A model generated the notes under the pieces. The model was not told the DNA's origin and searched no databases. It was given only the letters and a program-made list of their open reading frames with translations. This document shows positions 38,832 through 52,161 of a stretch of DNA of 64,000 nt, one piece after another. This DNA is from Haliotis rubra (taxonomy: Eukaryota): contig NW_025767146.1 in NCBI RefSeq assembly GCF_003918875.1, positions 2,790,001 through 2,854,000 on the forward strand, given 5' to 3'. Each line of letters begins with the position of its first letter. The first letter of the stretch is position 1. A program made the translations under genes and the position numbers.

Positions 38832-39362
38832 TTACATGGATTCCCCTCCCAATATATTGCTAAGGAAAGGGTTGGAATTATGATCCTCTACTGCCCCTCC
38901 CCCCCCCACAAGCTTGAGCTCCACATGTTGCCGGGACCGGGCTGGCTCCCTCCCATGCCTCCACGACTTGGCATGGCACTCCACGGAGTGGTGGACTCGC
39001 TGCGGTAGTACCCAGGGTTAGCAGCTGAGGACGGCTGTGTGGAGCGTTGTGCGGCAGGCTGGCCAGGGGGTGCTTGCTGCATTGGCTGGAAGTTGGACAC
39101 CTGTTGGCCTTGTGACCACTGACTAGGGTTGTTGGATGAATTACTGTGCTGATCCAGGAAATGAGCACACTCTTGGTCAGACAAGAATTCAGCCAGAATG
39201 GTGGTGTTGCCAAGAACGCAAGTATTAAGTGCTTTTTTGAGCTTTAAAGGCTTCATCCTTGGAATTGTAGCAGACCACTGCCTGTCCTTGACTGAGATTA
39301 AGGTGGAACAGACGCAGTGGGCCATGTTGTTGGCACAGTGTACGAAGCGTGGAACCATCAAT
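38832..39362 (-). CDS. TNRC6: TNRC6 last coding exon (RRM and C-terminus)
   Basis: [16 protein letters not shown]...[12 protein letters not shown]...GGESM*. Confidence 0.93.
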
Positions 39363-42300
39363 CTGAAAGGGAACATCAATTTCAATGGACCGACACCAAG
39401 CAAGACAAAATAAATGGCTTTGTATGCCACTTTAAACACTATTGCTAAAAGGTGTTGAACTAGTAACTCATTAAACATCATATCAATAATAGTTCAAAAG
39501 AAACTGCATGAAATTTCATTAAAATTTATCATTTTTGCCTGAAAGCAGGAATGAATAATAAATTCCAAATCCCAATTTATAGCCAATAAAACTGAAGTAA
39601 GCAAGCTAAGATACTATGTGAAAGTTGAATAAGCCCACAACAGCCATCTCCAAAGACTGCAGCTCAATCTTCTAATTAACTAATGCACTATTTTAGCAGC
39701 TGATTAGAACAGAAAGCTGTATTCAATCTCTAGCAAGCACTAGACAGCAAAATGTGAAGAAGTTGAGAATGGAGCATGCAATAAGGACACAGCTGGTATT
39801 GTGGGATGGAACTATGGTTGTAAGACTGCAGAAACCAGGCTAGATGGTCTAAGTTGACTTGGGACAGGTAACATACGGACAAATGGATGATAGTTAATGA
39901 TTCATATCCCAGCCTGGCATGCAAGTTGTAACCATGTTAAAGACTACAAGACAACTACTACCTGTGGAGTGAGGTTCCTTAGGACCAGCCAAGTGGAGGT
40001 ATTAGGGGCTCTCCCATCCCAACCTTGAGCGTTCACTGTAAGACAAGAGGTCAAAAGCTTCACAAGACAGCACCAATCACCTCTAACCCACAATAAGATT
40101 TTGTCTCACAGCAATTTGCAAAGCTTTGCCAAATAAACAGAGCAGCAGGCCCACCGGCCCCGATAGTCTCCACCAATACACTGGTTGGTCCACTAGGCAT
40201 ACCCCACTCTAGCTTGCACCGACCGACCGACAGCGAGTGTCAATGTCAGAGATGAGAAGGCAGAGGGGGACTATTGGGGTGGTACAAGCAGAAAGGTAGT
40301 TAAAAGTAGTGGTAGTTATAATCAGGCATCACTGGTGGCAAATATCAGATCACATAAATAGTCCACTATGTGCACATGTGGATAAAATTCACATACTTAT
40401 GAAGCAAAAGAAAGTTATACCAAATGTCCAAAATGTTTGTCTTACCTTTAAAACAGCTCGCATTGATGTTGAATGTTATAATTGAAAGATTAATGTTTGA
40501 GAAGAGAACTATTAAATAGCCTTGCTATAGAAGTGTTTAAACCTACATGTGAAGAAATACAAGTCACATGAAGGTTTGCAGTTAGTCCAGGAAGCAGAAG
40601 CTTGATACCCATCACCAAATAAATTGAAATGTAAAATTACCTGGGGTAAATGCCGAGTTGTCTGTCCTGCCAGCCCAGGAGTTCTGTCTGTTGACACCAG
40701 CAGGCCAGTGGTGGGTCTTGTGCGCCATGAGGCCAGGAGGAGGGCGATTCTTTGGAGGCATGCTCCATACATCAGACATGGAGGGCGTTGTTGATTCAGA
40801 TGTGGACCAGGGTTTGGACGAACTTGTGGTGGAGATGTGGCTTCCTTTCATGCTCCAAGTGGTGGACGAGTCAGCAGCCACTATTGGGCTGGTCTTGATG
40901 CTTGTCGCCAAGTTATTCAGGTAGTCATCCTTCACAACATTGACACTTAGTGACCGGGATATACTTCCTGGTGTGATATGAGGGTCATCTTCAACACTCT
41001 TAGTAAGCCCCTGCCATGGTTTGCCAGGAACAAACTCAGGGATGATGTCAGTCATACTGATTGTCGGAGTGCTGGATGTGGTAATTGGTGGGTGAGATTC
41101 TTTGTTTTCAGAGCTCTCTTTTGTCTCGGCTTGTGAAGTGGTTCCACCAGAACTAGTAGAAGGCCAATTTTGAGACGAGGTGGTTGCTTGTGTAGACCAA
41201 GTAGTATCACCACTGATATTTAGGCCACTGAGATCAGAGAATGGCCCCAGAGGTGGGCCACTTTGTGACTGCTGGAGAGGTTTGCTTCCAACAGCTTTAT
41301 TGAGGTTTTCTCCAACTTCACCAGCGGTTTCTTTGTCAGGGGTTTGGCGCTTCCACTGGTTAAGGCGGGACGTTTGTTGCAATTGAGGTGGATTAATGGC
41401 AAGTTTCTCGAGTTCATTCTGTATGGGCATCATGTTATCAACTGAGTCTTGAATATGTGGGCCTGCTGCTGGAGCTTGAGCCATGGGACCTCCAGCCCCT
41501 ACAGCCCCACCAGGGTTTTTGAGCAGGATCTGCTGTGCCTGAGAAAGCTGCTTCTGCAGCTGCAGTATCTGCTGTTTGATATTGTTGATCATGACTGCCA
41601 GCTGTTCCACCTGTTGCCGTTGAATCATGTTCATCATCTTGTTCTGTTGGAGGAACTGTTGCTTGGTAACAAGCTGCTGCAGAACATTCTGCAGTTGCAG
41701 CAGTTGTTGCAGGAGCACCAGGATGTTGTGTGGCAGTTGCTGGTTCAAGAGCTGAGGGCTAATGAGGCCAGACTGGACCGCCAGTCGCAGCTGTTGCAGG
41801 ATCTGCTGCTGCGCCATCTGTTGCTGCATCACCTGTGTGTTCGGCAGCTGTCCTCGGGTCAGAGGACCTTGGGTGGGACTCATTGAATTCATAGACTGGT
41901 TCTGTTGCTGTTGTTGACGCTTATGCTGCATGAGTTTTTGTTGCAATGATTGTGGATTAATACTGGGGTTATTTGGATTCAGACTAGATGGGGGCAGACT
42001 AGGTCCCGATTTAGACCGGTCATATATGGTCACAAATGGCTGATTTGGTACTTGAGCATTTTGAAAGGGAGTATTTTGCATGTTAATGTTAGGCACATGT
42101 GGATTGCTCTCAGACTGAGTATCTGATATGTCATCGTTAACCATGGCATTGTCAGGCATCATGCCAGGCATTCTGGGTTTTGCACTATTAGACATGAACA
42201 CATCCATGTCAGCATCCTTCTTGGTGGCCATAAGATCAGCTGAAACAAAAGTACAATCTCCTCAAATGTCAACTAGACTTTCAAAGCTGGAAAGTATCAT

Positions 42301-45300
42301 CGGGGTATATTTACGAGGATAACAGCAAAAACTAAAGTTTTTATTATAGTGACTATTTAGTATGTTGCTATTCCATCCAAGAGAGATAACAAAGTGTAGG
42401 CTTTACACAACACGTTTGTGGGGCACTGCACCCAGTGCCTTCGAAAAGGTAAGAACTTGGCTGACAGCCCCAAGGAATATCTATAAACTACAAAATCATG
42501 AATTTAAATGTATAGGCTTCAAGGACATATCTACTTACCCAGGGCACTTTCAACATTCATGTTATTGCTAATCAAGGCATTCTGAGCTTCTTCCTTCTGT
42601 AAAAAGAAATAAGTGGGCTGTTTGTTAATACAGGAGTTTATTAAATGACATTTGTTTATATATTGTGAATGCCCCAACAAATGTCTTCAACATGACATCA
42701 GCAAGTAAAGATTTCAAATTAAGTTTCCCTATGAATATTGTCTTTGTGATTATATGTAAAAAGGAGAAGTGTATATGTTATTTGAAGTTTTCAGCAAATA
42801 TGGAAGACAAAAGAAATAAGCTATATTGTACCCAATATTGAACCAAGGTTTTCCGCATGACAAGACAAACCACTAGGTTACCCCTATGCTCCAACTATGC
42901 ATAAGCAAGTAACAGATGGCGTGTAAGAAAGTTCTTGTACTCCAGAACATGTATAAATCAATAATTCAGTAAAAAATATTTACAAAAAATGCAGAATTTA
43001 AAGTCTTAAGATTATGTTGCCAAAATTGATCAAACTTAAGTGAGTTGAGATTTACGCCACACTCAGCAATATTCCAGCTATATAGCGGCGGTCTGTAAAT
43101 AATCGAGTCTGGACCAGACAATCCAGTGATCAACAGCATGAGCATCGATCTGCGTAAGTGCGATACAATGACCTGTGTCAACCAAGTCAGCGAGCCTGAC
43201 CACCTGATCCTGTCAGTCGCCTCTTACGACAAGCATGGGTTACTGAAGATCAATTTTAACCCAGACCTTCCTGGGTTGATCAAACTTTAAAAATAACTCA
43301 TAGTATCACAAGAGTTTTATCTTTATGGCCCCATTGAACTACTAACTAAACACGATGGGAGTTTAAGTATGATTTTAATCTAAATATGTTCGAGTTTAAA
43401 CAAAGATACAGTGCAGAGGCCCAGATAAGCTGCGTATTTGGGTAAAATACGCACAGAAAATTTCCAATTACTCATTGAAAAATAATTGTTGCTTACCAAT
43501 TACGCATCTAAAATGTTAGATAAGCACAAAGTTTAAAACATATGCGTACGGAATATATCTATAAAAATCACTTGCATAATGAAAAAGACATCGATTGGCA
43601 TCAAGTTGTATTGTTAGTATAGGACTAGTGTTGAACTGTCAGTACAGGATGAGTGATTTTTTATGAAATCATTTCCATTATATTTAAGTTGGTTTTGCTT
43701 CAGTATGACATAAGGCAGTACATACCTGTTTAGTAAACTTACTCAATGACATATACTTAGGTGAGTAAAATCACTGAAATACCCACATATTTGAAAGCAG
43801 TGGGTAACGGAAAATGAAATACCCACTCAACATTCATAATACCCACTCCAAAAAAATACAGTGGGTACAGTACCCACATGAGCTAAATCTTATCTGGAGC
43901 TCTGCAGTGTATGAAATTCCTCATGTACAATGACTAAACTATTCTTAATGATGCTCTGATGTAACATTGCATTTGACACAACTTTGAACAAACAGCATCA
44001 TACTTCAGTGAATATCATAAAGCACATGTTCGGACACATACTTTGAAACCCATGTCCATCAGCTGTTGTAGTAATTTACTTCTCATCTGGGGATGATGAT
44101 TGTTGCCAGTGGGGAATTTGTTAGGACCCTGTAAAAAAATGCCCAGGAGATAAATATTTGGATCTACTGAAAGGATGTACTCCATTATTCAATTATACCA
44201 TAAATATTGCAGACACTTTTATTAAACTATGCTACAAATACAATTTAAAGGAGAAATTGATGAAATTCTTTTTCAACTGTTATTGAACATAAATAACATC
44301 TAACTTTTCATTTTTGATGAATGTGCTGATCAAATAAAATGAATGACAAAGCATGAAACAATAACTGTGGGTTAGAACGTGCAGACAGATATGTGTCATG
44401 TTAGCGTAACAGTGAGAGAGACACTGTACATTGTGCGATGTTGCAAGCTCCAATGTTATCCCTGGCGCAGGAGGGCCACTTCAGTTACTGATGTCCCATA
44501 CAAGTGGGATGACAGGGAGGAACAAAACTAAACCAAACTTGAACACTGCAGTTAGTTAACGTGTTCACCTCAACACAGCAACATTACCTTTTGTAAACTT
44601 ATGAATATGATTTCAGGAAAATAGAAATGGTTGCTTCAGTGTCAAAAATGAAAAAGTATTAAAAGATTAGAGAAAAATACAAAGCATTAACTATTCATTT
44701 CATTTGCAAACAAGGAACCGTTCAGCTTTACTAACTTACAAAAGGCATGAAATGACTTCTGTAAGAATTGTACTACAAGCAATCTAGCATGTAACAAAAT
44801 GATGATAAGGGTGAGCCTTGTGACTAGTGTACTGGCAGTACAACTTGAGCTGCAGGCAGCTATGCTAGTGTGAGCTAGAACAAGGACGGTGTCGGAAGTG
44901 ACGGGGTCTCATGGTGCCCACATTTTCCAGGGATAGTATACCTTCACCAGATTCTTTTTGGTTTTCCAGCCAGGGGCACTGCTCCATGTACTATTTTCTT
45001 GTGAAATGTCATTCCAATATCCCACCTCCGTTTCACCACCCCACACATTGCCTGAATTGCTTGCATTCTCATCTGGCCAGCCCGGCTGCAAGAATCACCA
45101 TCAGCAACATACAAGTGTTGGCCGCAATCCAAGGGGGGTGGGAGCAGCACAGGCAGGGAGGGCGGAGGAAGAGGGAAGAGGGACAGGAGAGAAAGAAAGA
45201 GGACAGACTGATGCTTCACTCAAGTGTCGAGTAACAGATTACCAGAAATTCACCATGTGCACAGTTGACCTAAATCTGGTATGAATTATACTAAGCCAGA

Positions 45301-48300
45301 AATATAAAGACGATTTAAGCCATAAATGTAAAATGTCTAGAGTCATGAACACGTCACATGAACCTGCATAGAAGGTGCTCAAAACATTGAACACTGGACA
45401 AAATCAACCATCAAAAGCAAACAAACTGAAGATGTCCACAATGTGACACAAATCCCCTTGTGTTGAAATATATCCAGGTATGTGATGCCTCATGAGGAGT
45501 TAGAGTATTAGCACTAATGCTACATGATGGAGAAGAGTATTAGTGATTTAAAATGAAGGATGCTCTTATCTTTCCATTTTTAAGACTTATTTATGTCCTA
45601 AAACATGAATTTATACTACAGGAACACTGCTTATTATCATGGAACTTAAAATTTTCAAACAGAATCCAGTGTTCACATTTTCTAACAAAGACATTGCACT
45701 TGTGTATTGTGGTTTATTGGTCATTCAACTTACAAATGAGCAGCTTTCCCAACAACGTATTTTTTGTTGTTGAACAGAACAGTTGTTAACAAATGAACAT
45801 ATACTGCAATTAAGAAATTTAGTTGGGTTTATACAATTAGTGTTTGTTTCCAATACAACTTATCTACAAACCTGATGAAATGTATATTATGTGTGAATGT
45901 GTTCAATGTCCTGATAACCCTTTATCAAGGGAAAGAGCATGGGATGAGAGCATTTTGAAGGACAAACATAATGAAATAGTCTCCACATGACTTAAGGGCA
46001 TTAACCCATCTGAACGATCAGGTGGACTCTTGACGTAGAGATTAATACAAATATAACAAATGAATGATAAAACATGCAAATGAAATGAATGATGAAATGA
46101 TGAAAAGACCAACTGTGCACATGACCAATATTAGAATATAAATGACCATTATAAAATTAACTCCAAAACAAAATTCTTTCCAAAATTTCCAAAGTGTTTC
46201 TTTAATATCCATGGAAGACTTGGTGGAACATGAGGACATGCAAGTAAGACGGGCTGTGCAGTCTTCCCATGCTGTCTCTATGCTACACCTGCCCAGCTGT
46301 GAAGGAGGCCAAGTTGGACAACAATTAACTGAGAAGCAGCTACAACACCCGCCACAATGCACTCATGTCTGCAAGCACAATGGGCATTAACCAGTAGTGA
46401 GACGGGCAATACAGGAAACTTAGCAAACCTTTCTCAAGTTCCAGCTCTGGTCGCCGCCGCCATCTCCACTCCAACTCGAGGTAGATAGGGATTTTGGCTT
46501 GGCACCAGGCGTGGGATTCCACTGACTCCCTGGGTCACCCCAACCTCCAGCTCGGGCCTGGAACACAACATAGTGTTTATGATGTTGAGAAGCTACTCCA
46601 CAAATGTATTTTATTTTGAAAGCATCATACACAGCACTTACACTGTGTTAGTATCATAAGTGAATAGTACAAACATAATAACTCAGTGAAAAATTCACTG
46701 AAAAAAACACTGATAAATGTTTTATTACCAAATAGTGATGTAATGAAACAAACAGGAAGACTTACCTGCTGCTGGGCATTGGCTGCCCAAATACTGGTTC
46801 CATCATCAACCTTCATGTTGGAGTTGGAGAGGTCTCCCCATCCAGAGGCCTTTGGTGGGTTGCCAACTCCTACATTTCCACCTCCACCACTCATTCCTCC
46901 AGCACCCATTCCTCCAGCGCCCATTCCTCCACCGCCCATTCCTCCACCGCCCATTCCAGAGCCTGTAGGTGGTTGCTGGACCGGTACCGGTGCTCCTTTG
47001 TTCCAAGACTCGGGCTGTTCAGGCTTGGGCCGTGGGGTTAGTGGAGTTGCTGGGGTACTTGGTTGACTGTTCCAACCTTGTGGGCGCGCTGCATCTGTGG
47101 CTCACCCCAGTAACCTGTACCATTATCAACACGTCGACGCTGCATTGCTGCATCTTCCCAGCCTCCTTGAGAATCTTGATTGTCTCCCCACTGGGACCCA
47201 GATCCACGATCGCGATCCTGACCGGAAGATCCCCAAGATCCTGTTTCAGTCTTGTTACCCCACATGCTTGAGGTTTCAGAGCCTCCCCCCCAGGTACCAA
47301 TGGTTTTGTCGGAACTTCCACCTCCGTTGCCTCCTACATTGCCAGCACCATTTCCACCAACTCCAACATTGCCAGCACTGTTTCCACCAAGGCCACCAAG
47401 ACCACCAGTTCCACCATTTGGACCAACACCTACACCACTGCCAACACTGCTTCCTCCATTACCACCCCATTGGTTATCAGCTCCAGGCTTGTTTGGTGGG
47501 CCATTCCAAGTATTGGAATCATTCTCATTTTGCCACTGAGATCCACCTGAAGCTCCATTCCACCCACCACCTCCGCTGCCACCACCATTGCCACCATTTC
47601 CTCCATTACCTCCAGAGCTACTGTCACGACTAGCTTCCCAGATTGCCGTTCCATTATTATTGTTCCACACATTGGAAGCTCCACCACCACTATCAGTAGA
47701 AAATTTGCGTTTGGTCTTTGGTGATTCTGAGACATCCCAGGCTGTATCCTGTTTGACAGGTTTTGCCCCCCACCCATCATGGTTCTCAATGGCTTGTCTT
47801 ATGAAATCATCAGCAACTTGTCCTGATTGGCCTGCTGCATCAGCAGCAGAGGGTTGCCCGGTCCCTGAATTGCTGCTGCCTGGGGTTAAGCCCTTGCATG
47901 CAGCTTGAGCCCATGATATGAACTCAGTTGTATTGCCTGATCCCTGACTATTGGCTGCACCATTGGGGTTGTCCCCCCATTGTGACTTAGAATTATTATC
48001 CCACTGGGTTGCTGACTGTGGAGTGGGAGGTAGGGACTCTCCCCACCCACTACTTCCCAAAAAGCCAGACTTAGGAGCCGCATCTGGTGTGCCCCACATG
48101 CTAGAGCCATTGCCCGCACCTTCCGGGCCACCATTATTGCCACTGTTTTCTTTCCCACAATTGTTCATCACAGCACTTGTTGGATTATTCCAGCCAGACT
48201 CGTGGGGTTTGGAATACGTAGTCATGCCACCAAACATGCCAGACCCACTACTACCCTGCCATGGAGTTTGATTATTTGAAGGCCCTGTCTGATTGCCACT

Positions 48301-51300
48301 CACTGGAGGTCCACTTTGTTGAGCACCGCTACCGCTAAGCATCAAACCATGCATATTGTTGCCATTTGAGGTTTGCATTTGCATGGAATTCTGTGGTCTT
48401 GGGCTACCCTGGCCTGGGGCACCCATCCCCCATCCTGAACGGGAAGTGGAGGAGTTTGAGTTCATAGAATTTGATAGGTTATCACTACCAGCCATGCTGG
48501 TACCAACTTGCATATTATGTCCTTGGTTGTTCATAGAAAGACTTGGATGCGGATTACTTGAACCCCAATTCATAGGATTCATATTGGCAGCAGAGGAATT
48601 TGGAGGATCCCTGATCCCCCAAGGATTTGATTCAAGTCCACCAAGTGTGGAATTGGCTCCCCATGGATTGGAAGCACTTTGACTCTGCATGGCACTTAAC
48701 CCCTGATTGGTCTCCTGATTTTGACCATGGCTACTTGAGCTAGATATCACAGATCCGGACTTGACAGATGCAGCATCATCTCCTGCATCAGAGCCCGCAG
48801 TTTCAGAGTTCCCAATGGACGGCCAAGCTTCTTTATCTGAGGAATCCACAATGACACTATTAACACTTGAGCTTTGGCTCCACTCACAGTCCTTGGAAGG
48901 ATTGTGCCAGGTTCCTATATTCTGACCTCTGTCGTTTGCAGCTGGACCTTACAGAGACAAAATAGGACTATATTTCCTTAAGGGATGATAGAAGTACTTT
49001 ACGTTATGTCTCATCAACACTCAAACTCATTACTGTTTGAGAATAGTTTTCTTTCACTACCTTAAAAATGATTTGATCCAACTACAAATAGACCATTTCT
49101 AGAAACATCAGTTCATTATTACTTCAGAGGCAGAAGACTAATCTCAAGACAAATACTAATGAAGCAATCAACAAAGGTGAAGTAAAGCAAAAATATACAA
49201 ATATGGTTTTCAGGCAAGATACTTTCCAAAAATTAGTAAAAACAGAAAAAATCTTTCAAGGAAAGTGTTCAATAGACATGCCTGATAACCATGAAAATAA
49301 AGTTAGCTTTATTGTGGAACAACTTACTTGGATCTGTCCAACCACTACCCGTAGCAGGTGGTCCCTCACGCCATCCACCATCATCTTCTTCACACCAACC
49401 AAGTCCCACTGCTGCTGACGCTGAAGACGCCCATTGATTACCAGTCTTTTTACCCCCCTGTGGTCGACAATGACACTGTTAATGTTGATCAGGATAAATT
49501 AACAGGAAGAGTTTATAAGCATTATAAAATGCAAGTGTGACAAATGTTCACATTGGACGATTTTCTTTTGAGTGTGGTTGTCAGTGGCCCGTTTTAATAG
49601 TGACCCAATTCTATATAAATCCCTGACGTCATGACATGACTGTTTGACATCCTGGTGTATGCAGAAGCAGGCAAGCACATGGTAGTGACTTTCATCAACT
49701 CCTTACTTCTTGAGCACACCTACCTTCTTGCATGTCTTTGTGACCAGCTCAGGGGGGGGAATCGTGGTTTGGTGAGTACTTCGTTGATAAGGAGCAATGA
49801 GTAGTTTGTAGCAAGCGATGATTGATCTTGAGTTAATTGTAATTTGTTCAATCTGAAATGAAGATTGACTGACATAACTATCTCCACTAAAGCTCAAATG
49901 ATACCAAGGTAAAGCCACATGGTAAAGTACTTCCTTAGTTCTCATGAGGATAGCTATAACTTCTTTGATTAAAAGGTTAATGAACAAAACAGCACAATAC
50001 TTCAGGGCAGATATGGCACCTTAATATAGCTAACTTGGAACAATAACCCAGTTTGTAAGTTTGATCAATGCAAAGCATGAGCCATACTACAACATACCAG
50101 CTATTGTGAAAACAAGTAGTAAGCTTCCCTCTTTGTTGGAAGGATTCAGTAACTCCCATTTCCTAAAAAGAAAAGTTCCGAGTTGAACCAGCTCGACTGG
50201 GATTTCTCGGGGATCAATGGACCCCATCTAAAATCCATTCCATTAAAAAAATCCATTGCATACAAAACCAAATTAGATCATGCATAAAAGCTTTTAAACA
50301 AAGTCAATAAATAGTTTAGTATGTTTCTAGATGTGATCAAAAAGTATTCTAAGTTATTCATGAAATTTAATCTGAGGGTATCAGCATGTATGTCTATGTT
50401 TTCACAATGCAGTCAGCAATATTACAGCTATTGTATAACTGAATCTGGGACAAACTAGGGATTGATATGAGGGAAGTCCAACAAATCAGGGTACAATAAA
50501 CAAGTCACCAAATCTGACAGCCGAATTCTATAGTCGCCACTTGCTAAAAGCAGTCTGTTGCTGTGACCTATTCTTGCAGGGTCTCTACAGGGGATATCAG
50601 TATGGCTAGGGTGTTGATATGCACAAAAACAACTTTCAGCAAGTAGTGAGAATAGCAGTAAGGGACTTACCTGAGAGCTAGGCACTTTGACTGATTTGTC
50701 TTAGCTAGAGAATGCTTCAATGTGCTTGCCCTCAATTTGGAATGCAATCTGATAAAGAAAAGTTTACATTTCATGGCATATCATTCACAAAAATCAACAA
50801 TTATCATGGACCCTCTATTATCGCGGTAGTTAATGTTGTCGCCATCGGGATTATAAACGGCTACTGACATTTAGCATTTTATATATATTTTCAGTTGACT
50901 AATGTTTAATCTTCATTTCTGTCACAAATAATGTGACACATAGTCGCAACTCGTTTAATACCATTGCGGCAATTCCGACTGTCTCGTTTGACCCGAAAAT
51001 TGAAGCAACTCTCTATTATCGCGGTATTGCTTTTTTCGTTACTGTGGCACGCGGTACAAGCAGATGACACTGTGAAACATTTACTAAGACAAGTAACGAA
51101 TCTAAATAGTTTGATCATTAAAAAATATTTAAGAATTTCATTCACATTAGTAATATGTTTTTAACCCAAACATCTGAAACTTCTATTCATTTGGATACAA
51201 GGTAACAATAATGTTACAAAATGATGTTTTTTCCGCCTTAAAACGTACCATACAAGTTGCTGCAGTGTGTAGAGTGAAGTTGCATAATACGTCACTTCCT

Positions 51301-52161
51301 GTTATATTTTTAGCACGAAAAATATGCAAATGACCTTATAGTTGTCGCAGGATTACTTTTGGCGAAGTAAGTTTTGATTCATGCTAGATGTAATGGCAGT
51401 AGGGGTCATACTAGTTTCAAAATGTTCCAGAACTTACTGAAAAGATGAATGCTTTAATATTTCTACGATTAGACTTGACATTCCAATGAAATAAATGACT
51501 TTTTCAAGAGCGATGAATATATTTTATGTAATTTGCATATGTAAACAGCTGATGCGGGGCGTGGTGTGTCTGCTTTCCCGAAGTTTTCACGTGCCGCGAT
51601 AATAGAGAGTCCCAGTATAATGCTTATACAGACTAACAACGGACAAGAAAGAATATGTATGTTCAATTTACAGCCTTACATCCACAACAACAAAACTCTA
51701 AACATTAATCCCTGGTATAGATTGTGAAGTACTTAAATTTTGCCAATCAAATACAAAATTATCAACTGCCAATGGCACCTATGATAACGTTTAAAAAATG
51801 TCAGATTTTCAGTTATCTCATAACTCACCTTTACAACACAACCTTAAAGCAAGGTTCAATTTGCATTGTTCTGAACTAGACAAAAATCTGGAAATGAAAA
51901 AACTATGTTTAGACAAAGGAATTCAAAAGGCTATCATGATCAATATCATTATTTCGATATTTATATGTCAAAAATCTACTGTACCAATCGTTGTCAAAAT
52001 GAAGGACATGATGTTTAAAACTGATCGTCTGAGTAGTTGTTACCAGAAATTAAGGGCACTATGATTTACTTCAGGGGTCACTGAATATATGCTATGATAA
52101 TACCAAATATATTTCCACATAAAGCAACAACTTACAATGAAATGTTGAAAGAATATGGCAT
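38832..52161 (-). CDS. TNRC6: GW182/TNRC6 (gawky) miRNA-silencing effector
   Basis: Exons: (52161-52136 and 50748-50671, tentative), 49457-49328, 48947-46766, 46557-46429, 45085-44942, 44128-44042, 42596-42539, 42239-40641, 40035-39962, 39362-38832. Features: GW/WG repeats ([17 protein letters not shown]), UBA ([15 protein letters not shown]), Q-rich region, PAM2 [42 protein letters not shown]-terminus ILGGESM*. Single-base frameshifts at ~47099, 39233-39238 and ~38900. Confidence 0.95.
40641..42239 (-). CDS. TNRC6: TNRC6 Q-rich / PAM2 silencing-domain exon
   Basis: Open ORF 40612-42231 with [17 protein letters not shown] and [10 protein letters not shown]. Confidence 0.95.
43038..43275 (-). 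mobile_element. SINE-like family B, full-length copy
   Basis: 12-bp TSD ttgatcaaactt at 43026-43037 and 43276-43287. Shares the 3' tail gctggaatattgct...gcgtaaa..actcac with family A. Confidence 0.9.
43414..43904. mobile_element. CAG-ended TIR element related to 32552-33347
   Basis: TIR cagag(g/c)(c/t)ccagataag. 5-bp flanking duplication cagtg. Confidence 0.8.
46766..48947 (-). CDS. TNRC6: TNRC6 large GW-repeat (Argonaute-binding) exon
   Basis: [36 protein letters not shown] and many WG/GW dipeptides. AG/GT borders. Confidence 0.93.
50405..50593 (-). mobile_element. Degenerate SINE family B
   Basis: cagcaatattacagcta ... tagtcgcc ... gacctattct matches family B in reverse. Confidence 0.55.
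50804..51615. mobile_element. pogo/Tigger-like MITE
   Basis: TIR ggac(c/t)ctctattatcgcgg / ccgcgataatagagagtcc, with an internal repeat of the motif at ~51008. Confidence 0.7.

Noticed and set aside
40658-48682. Plus-strand ORFs overlapping TNRC6 exons
   Set aside because: Antisense shadows of low-complexity G/Q/S-rich coding sequence.
8836-48947. TEX2 and TNRC6 as pseudogenes, or as programmed frameshift cases
   Set aside because: Lesions are isolated 1-nt indels, mostly in homopolymers, with intact splice sites and motifs. No consistent slippery-site-plus-structure pattern was seen.
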